From: Pseudobacteriovorax sp.
Lineage (GTDB): Bacteria; Bdellovibrionota_B; Oligoflexia; Oligoflexales; Oligoflexaceae
Direction: 5' to 3'
DNA: 11,791 nucleotides
Assembly: GCA_050293845.1 (NCBI GenBank)
Contig: JBNKNM010000180.1
Coordinates: 1 to 11,791 of the forward strand
How positions within the stretch are numbered: position 1 is the first letter of the stretch; the number at the start of each line of letters is the position of its first letter. Positions 8,177 to 11,791 of this stretch are shown piece after piece. The notes beneath the pieces are model-generated. The model saw only the letters and a program-made list of their open reading frames with translations. It did not search any database and was not told where the DNA came from. Made by a program: the position numbers and the translations under genes.

Positions 8177-8647
8177 ATGGATATTATTTTAAAATTTATT
8201 TTGATATTTTTTATTAAAATTCATATTGCATGGGGTGGAGTCAATTTAAAACCTCCCTTAGAAGAGAGTAATACTTATGCAAAGGATAAGAAAAAATTAA
8301 GTACAGAGGGAAACCCTAATTCTAAAATAGTAAGAGTAAATGGTTATAGATATAAGCTTCATATTTTAAATGATTTAGGAATTTTTATTCCTTCTAAAGG
8401 TCCCTTTCAAAATAGTGATGAAATGTTTTGTTCCACTCACCTAAGACAAATTGATAAGATTTTTGTCATTCGCGACGACGATAAAAATTTATCTAGGGAT
8501 CAATTTCTCTTTTTAAGATTAAAGTGCAAAGATAAACTAGGTAAAAATATCCCAAGCCCAAGAGAAGATGGATCTATAAAGACTTACGATCATAGAAATG
8601 CTTACTCTTGGTATTCAATTTTGAAGTATTTGATGGATAAAAAATAA
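8177..8647 (+). CDS. Hypothetical secreted protein (156 aa)
   Basis: Hydrophobic N-terminus ending ..HIAWG (signal-peptide-like), two Cys, Lys-rich and very AT-rich. No family recognised. Confidence 0.6.
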   Translation: MDIILKFILIFFIKIHIAWGGVNLKPPLEESNTYAKDKKKLSTEGNPNSKIVRVNGYRYKLHILNDLGIFIPSKGPFQNSDEMFCSTHLRQIDKIFVIRDDDKNLSRDQFLFLRLKCKDKLGKNIPSPREDGSIKTYDHRNAYSWYSILKYLMDKK

Positions 8648-8651
8648 CAAT

Positions 8652-8698
8652 TTCGTGACATTCGGCGTTTGGATTTCAAAACTATCAACCTTCCCCAT
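8652..8698. repeat. Copy 1 of an imperfect direct repeat (putative recombination-site-like motif)
   Basis: TTCGTGACATTC-ggcgtttgg-ATTTCaAAaCTATCAAcCT-TCCCC. It aligns without gaps over the first 37 bp to the copy 192 bp downstream. Confidence 0.75.
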
Positions 8699-8843
8699 AG
8701 ATGACTTTTCAACCCAGTTTTAGTCATTATCTCTAATCACTCAGCTCCTTGGTTGGGGTTTGCTCCAGAGCTTCTCTCATTTCTTTCCTCTGGGCTGAGA
8801 GGCGCAAAATGCTAGTTCTAATAAAGTCCGTAAATATTCAAAA

Positions 8844-8892
8844 TTCGTGACATTCCTCAATTATATTTCGAACCTATCAATCTATCCCCTAT
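8844..8892. repeat. Copy 2 of the imperfect direct repeat, immediately 3' of the recombinase stop codon
   Basis: TTCGTGACATTC-ctcaattat-ATTTCgAAcCTATCAAtCTaTCCCC. Versus copy 1: 12/12 in the left block, 3/9 in the middle, 14/16 in the right block. Confidence 0.75.
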
Positions 8893-8900
8893 TGCCAATA

Positions 8901-9166
8901 CTACAAAGAGTTCATAAACGCCAAATGAACTTCCTTCTCCTGAAACCCAAGATAAGAGAAAGTCTGCTTTTGCGGGACATGGTTAAATACCACCATTAAA
9001 ATTGGCAGCACAATTTTAAATGTCACCCGCTGATGGTACCCGGAAGCTTTGCGAAGAGTGTGGCTGCCATAATTTCCCTTATGACCAAATCGTTTGCACC
9101 AAAGCCCCCCCATGGAGTGATGGCAGCGTTAGGCCTCCCCCACCCTTCCGTGATAGAAAATAGCGG
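8901..9166 (-). pseudogene. Tyrosine recombinase/integrase, C-terminal fragment with two frameshifts
   Basis: Reconstructed reading: PLF/LSRKGGGGLTLPSLH/..WCKRFGHKGNYGSHTLRKASGYHQRVTFKIVLPILMVVFNHVPQKQTFSYLGFQEKEV. It contains the HxLR box, the NH equivalent of the LGH box, and the nucleophile Tyr (SYLG). Frameshifts fall at the T-run ~9157 and the G-run ~9105-9111. The N-terminal half, with the first catalytic Arg, is absent. Confidence 0.85.
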
Positions 9167-9178
9167 AAGATTTACTCT

Positions 9179-9265
9179 TATAAATCTCATATTAGTGACG
9201 TTGAATACACCCCAGTCATTTAAGGGCTGATTGAATGTACTTGCATCTGAATACAGATATCCCAT
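9179..9265 (-). pseudogene. Single DUF285 / BspA-type surface-protein repeat remnant
   Basis: MGYLYSDASTFNQPLNDWGVFNVTNMRFI matches the DUF285 repeat pattern M..MF..A.SFNQPL..WDVSNVTNM..MF. Only one unit is present. Confidence 0.75.
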
Positions 9266-9319
9266 ATCTCGGGTTGGTGATTCTCCTCAAGAGTTTCATC
9301 TTTATTAAAAAATACCTTG

Positions 9320-9367
9320 TTTCGTTTTTCCTTCAATTGCTTTACAACAGTTGCCTGAAAAACGAAA
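9320..9367. repeat. 48-bp symmetric inverted repeat upstream of napD
   Basis: TTTCGTTTTTC-ctt-CAATTG-ctttacaa-CAGTTG-cct-GAAAAACGAAA: perfect 11-bp outer arms plus symmetric inner 6-mers. Confidence 0.7.
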
Positions 9368-9390
9368 AGAATGAAACATTAAATCAGAAG

Positions 9391-9405
9391 TGGCTTTGAT
9401 CTTGC
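9391..9405 (+). promoter_or_regulatory. Putative sigma54 (-24/-12) promoter of the nap operon
   Basis: TGGCtttgatcTTGC has exact GG-N10-GC spacing and matches TGGC-N7-TTGC. It lies 36 nt upstream of the napD GTG and just before the SD GGAGG (9427-9431). Confidence 0.55.
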
Positions 9406-9440
9406 GATAGGATTTGCAAGTTTTTTGGAGGAAGTGAGAC

Positions 9441-9674
9441 GTGGCTATTAAAAGCTATTTAGCATTTACAGAACCCGATCAATCCGACGTATTCGAATCA
9501 GAAATATCAAAGGTTGATGGTTGCGAACTCATAGGTGCAAAAGGGAAAGAAGTTTTCATTCTTATTACAGAATCGAAAGATGAGCAAAATGAAAAACAGA
9601 TCATAGGTGAAATTGAAGGTATTTCATCTATTAAATGTCTTTCGTTAGTGGGCGTATGGAATAACCCAATATGA
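9441..9674 (+). CDS. napD: NapD-type chaperone of periplasmic nitrate reductase
   Basis: 77-aa acidic protein with a NapD-like pattern (IKSYLA..., I....GCEL, FILITES, I..I..I..LSLV). It has a GTG start with a GGAGG SD and sits directly upstream of napA. Confidence 0.82.
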   Translation: MAIKSYLAFTEPDQSDVFESEISKVDGCELIGAKGKEVFILITESKDEQNEKQIIGEIEGISSIKCLSLVGVWNNPI

Positions 9675-9718
9675 TTCATATGCTAATTTATTAGAAATCA
9701 AGGGGAAAAAAGTTGGAT

Positions 9719-11791
9719 ATGATACACTGTAATCGAAGAGAAGCTATCCGCTCAATGGCAATCATGTCTGCTGTAGCAGCAGCCAGCTCATTAATACCAG
9801 GCGTCTCTTTTGGACAATGGGTTAATGATGAAGCAAACCCCAGTCAAGTTAAATGGGAAAAAACACCCTGTAGATTTTGTGGAGTCGGGTGTGGATTACT
9901 AGTAGGGATAAGTCAAGGAAAAGCAGTGGCTGTTAAAGGTGACCCAAGCTCATCTGTTAACAAAGGGCTTTGCTGTGTTAAAGGTTATCATTCCGTACAA
10001 GCGCTATACGGACAGGATAGATTGAAACACGCTCTCGTTCGTAAAAACGGGAAGATGGTTGCAGTTCCCATCAACGAAGCCCTCGACCTTGTTGCATCGA
10101 AAATGCAAAGCACTATCAAAGAATATGGAAAAGATAGTGTTTCTATGTATGGATCTGGCCAGTGGACGATACCCGACGGATACGTAGCTAGCAAATTTAT
10201 GAAGGGTGCTATAGGTACCAACAACTTAGAGGCCAATGCTAGGCTTTGCATGGCTTCTGCCGTTACTGGTTTTATGACCAGTTTCGGTATTGATGAACCG
10301 ATGGGATGTTACGAAGATATTGATCACGCTGAAGTATTTGTCCTTTGGGGCAATAATATGGCAGAAATGCATCCTGTGCTATTTTCGCGCCTTCTCGATC
10401 GTAAGCTTAGAAATAAGAATGTAAAAATTATCGACATTGGGACACGTAAAACACGAACTAGCTATGCCGCTACCCATAGTTTTATGTTTAACCCCCAGAC
10501 AGATTTAGCCCTAGCCAATTCAATCTGCCAAGAATTAATACGAACTAAAAAGATCAACAAAACATTTATCAAAAACTATTGCTCCTTCAAGTCTGGGAAG
10601 ACCAATATAGGCTATGGACTAGAAGATCACTTTTCATTTAAAGACAAAGCAACGGACATCGACTTAGATTCATTTGCTGAATTCCTTAAAGACTATACCC
10701 CTGAAAAGGTTGCTGGATTGACTGGTGTTTCAGCTGGCAATATTCGCTATCTGGCTAGTCTTTATGGAGATCCTCGTTTAAAGGTTATGAGCTTTTGGTG
10801 TATGGGAATGAACCAACACACCAGAGGAACCTGGATCAATAACCTTATTTATAACATTCATCTGTTAACGGGAAAAATATCTACTCCAGGAAACTCCCCA
10901 TTTTCTCTGACAGGCCAGCCCTCTGCTTGCGGAACGGTTCGCGAGGTCGGTACTCTTACCCATAAGTTGCCTTATGGCGTTGTTATGAAACAAAAAGCCA
11001 GAGAAAAGGCTGCTAAAATTTGGCAAGTTCCCGTAGAAAATATTCCTGCTAAGCCTACCTATCATACGGTAGAAATGTTTCGTGCCATTGATCGGGGCGA
11101 TATTAAGTTTATGTGGATTCAAGTGACCAACCCTATGGTTACAATGCCAAAATTAACGCGATACCGTGATGGCTTCCGTAAGAAGGACAATTTTATCGTT
11201 GTAAGCGATGTATACCCCACACCCACAACAGCAGAAGCAGACGTCATACTACCCTCTGCCATGTGGATTGAAAGAGAGGGTATGTTCGGTAATTCTGAAC
11301 GGAGAACCCAACATTTCAATCAGCTCCTCGATCCTCCAGGAGAAGCCATGAGCGACACTTGGCAGATCATTGAAGTAGCAAGACGTATGGGATATGAAAA
11401 ACTATTTCCGTGGAAAAAAGAGGAACATATTAAAGAGATATGGGCGGAATACTCAAAATTCCATGATAACGACCAACATCGTATGGCCCCCTACGAAGTT
11501 CTCAAATCTCAGCCCGGTGCCCAGTGGCCCTACGTTGACGGTAAAAGCACACAATGGAGATTTAACAAAGAGTACGATCCAGCTGCCAAGAAGACTTTTG
11601 ATTTCTACGGAAAACCCGATCACAGGGCTGTGATTTGGCAGCGACCTTATGAAGCCATGCCAGAAGTTCCTGATAAAGATTATCCATTTTTACTGAATAC
11701 TGGCCGTATCATTGAACATTGGCACACGGGATCAATGACGAGACGAATCCCAATACTTCACAAAGCGGTTCCAGAATCATATGTGGAGATT
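9719..11791 (+). CDS. napA: Periplasmic nitrate reductase catalytic subunit NapA (3'-truncated by window end; alternative TTG start at 9713)
   Basis: Not in the ORF track because it has no stop in the window. Tat signal NRREAIR; [4Fe-4S] motif TPCRFCGVGCG...NKGLCCVKG; YGSGQW; Mo-ligand motif NNLEANARLCMASA; WGNNMAEMHP; MGMNQHTRG; PFSLTGQPSACGTVREVG; and C-terminal YPFLLNTGRIIEHWHTGSMTRR. The N-terminal start and the last codons of the window are in the same frame. Confidence 0.96.
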   Translation, partial: MIHCNRREAIRSMAIMSAVAAASSLIPGVSFGQWVNDEANPSQVKWEKTPCRFCGVGCGLLVGISQGKAVAVKGDPSSSVNKGLCCVKGYHSVQALYGQDRLKHALVRKNGKMVAVPINEALDLVASKMQSTIKEYGKDSVSMYGSGQWTIPDGYVASKFMKGAIGTNNLEANARLCMASAVTGFMTSFGIDEPMGCYEDIDHAEVFVLWGNNMAEMHPVLFSRLLDRKLRNKNVKIIDIGTRKTRTSYAATHSFMFNPQTDLALANSICQELIRTKKINKTFIKNYCSFKSGKTNIGYGLEDHFSFKDKATDIDLDSFAEFLKDYTPEKVAGLTGVSAGNIRYLASLYGDPRLKVMSFWCMGMNQHTRGTWINNLIYNIHLLTGKISTPGNSPFSLTGQPSACGTVREVGTLTHKLPYGVVMKQKAREKAAKIWQVPVENIPAKPTYHTVEMFRAIDRGDIKFMWIQVTNPMVTMPKLTRYRDGFRKKDNFIVVSDVYPTPTTAEADVILPSAMWIEREGMFGNSERRTQHFNQLLDPPGEAMSDTWQIIEVARRMGYEKLFPWKKEEHIKEIWAEYSKFHDNDQHRMAPYEVLKSQPGAQWPYVDGKSTQWRFNKEYDPAAKKTFDFYGKPDHRAVIWQRPYEAMPEVPDKDYPFLLNTGRIIEHWHTGSMTRRIPILHKAVPESYVEI

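Noticed and set aside
8652..8892. CRISPR array or integron attC interpretation of the repeats
   Set aside because: There are only two copies, the spacing is far too long for CRISPR, no cas genes are present, and there is no RYYYAAC...GTTRRRY attC box structure.
9688..9701. FNR-like TTATT-N4-ATCAA between napD and napA
   Set aside because: Only one good half-site, and it lies inside the operon next to the napA SD.
9033..11633. Short ORFs at 9033(+), 9479(-), 9988(-), 10865(-), 11119(-) and 11394(+)
   Set aside because: Antisense or off-frame shadows of the recombinase remnant, napD and napA.

Overview
Bacterial, AT-rich window with three parts. (1) Signalling and transport genes at 235-7291: a 7TM-DISM sensor fused to a SpoIIE/PP2C phosphatase, a divergent lipoprotein, a DUSP23-like cysteine phosphatase carrying an unusual ~100-aa insertion, and a sulP-usp operon. 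(2) A ~2 kb decayed accessory zone at 7288-9290: a heavily deleted SDR pseudogene missed by the ORF track, unidentified gene remnants, an AT-rich secreted orphan ORF, and a frameshifted tyrosine-recombinase C-terminal fragment joined to a single DUF285/BspA repeat. Two copies of a ~37-50 bp motif resembling a tyrosine-recombinase core site lie directly downstream of the recombinase. (3) The start of a periplasmic nitrate reductase operon, napD-napA, with napA running off the window and absent from the ORF track. It is preceded by a sigma54-type -24/-12 motif and a 48-bp inverted repeat. The best candidates for novelty are the recombinase-associated repeated sites, the inserted domain in the phosphatase, and the nap upstream architecture. 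All calls come from reading motifs by eye; no database searches were run.
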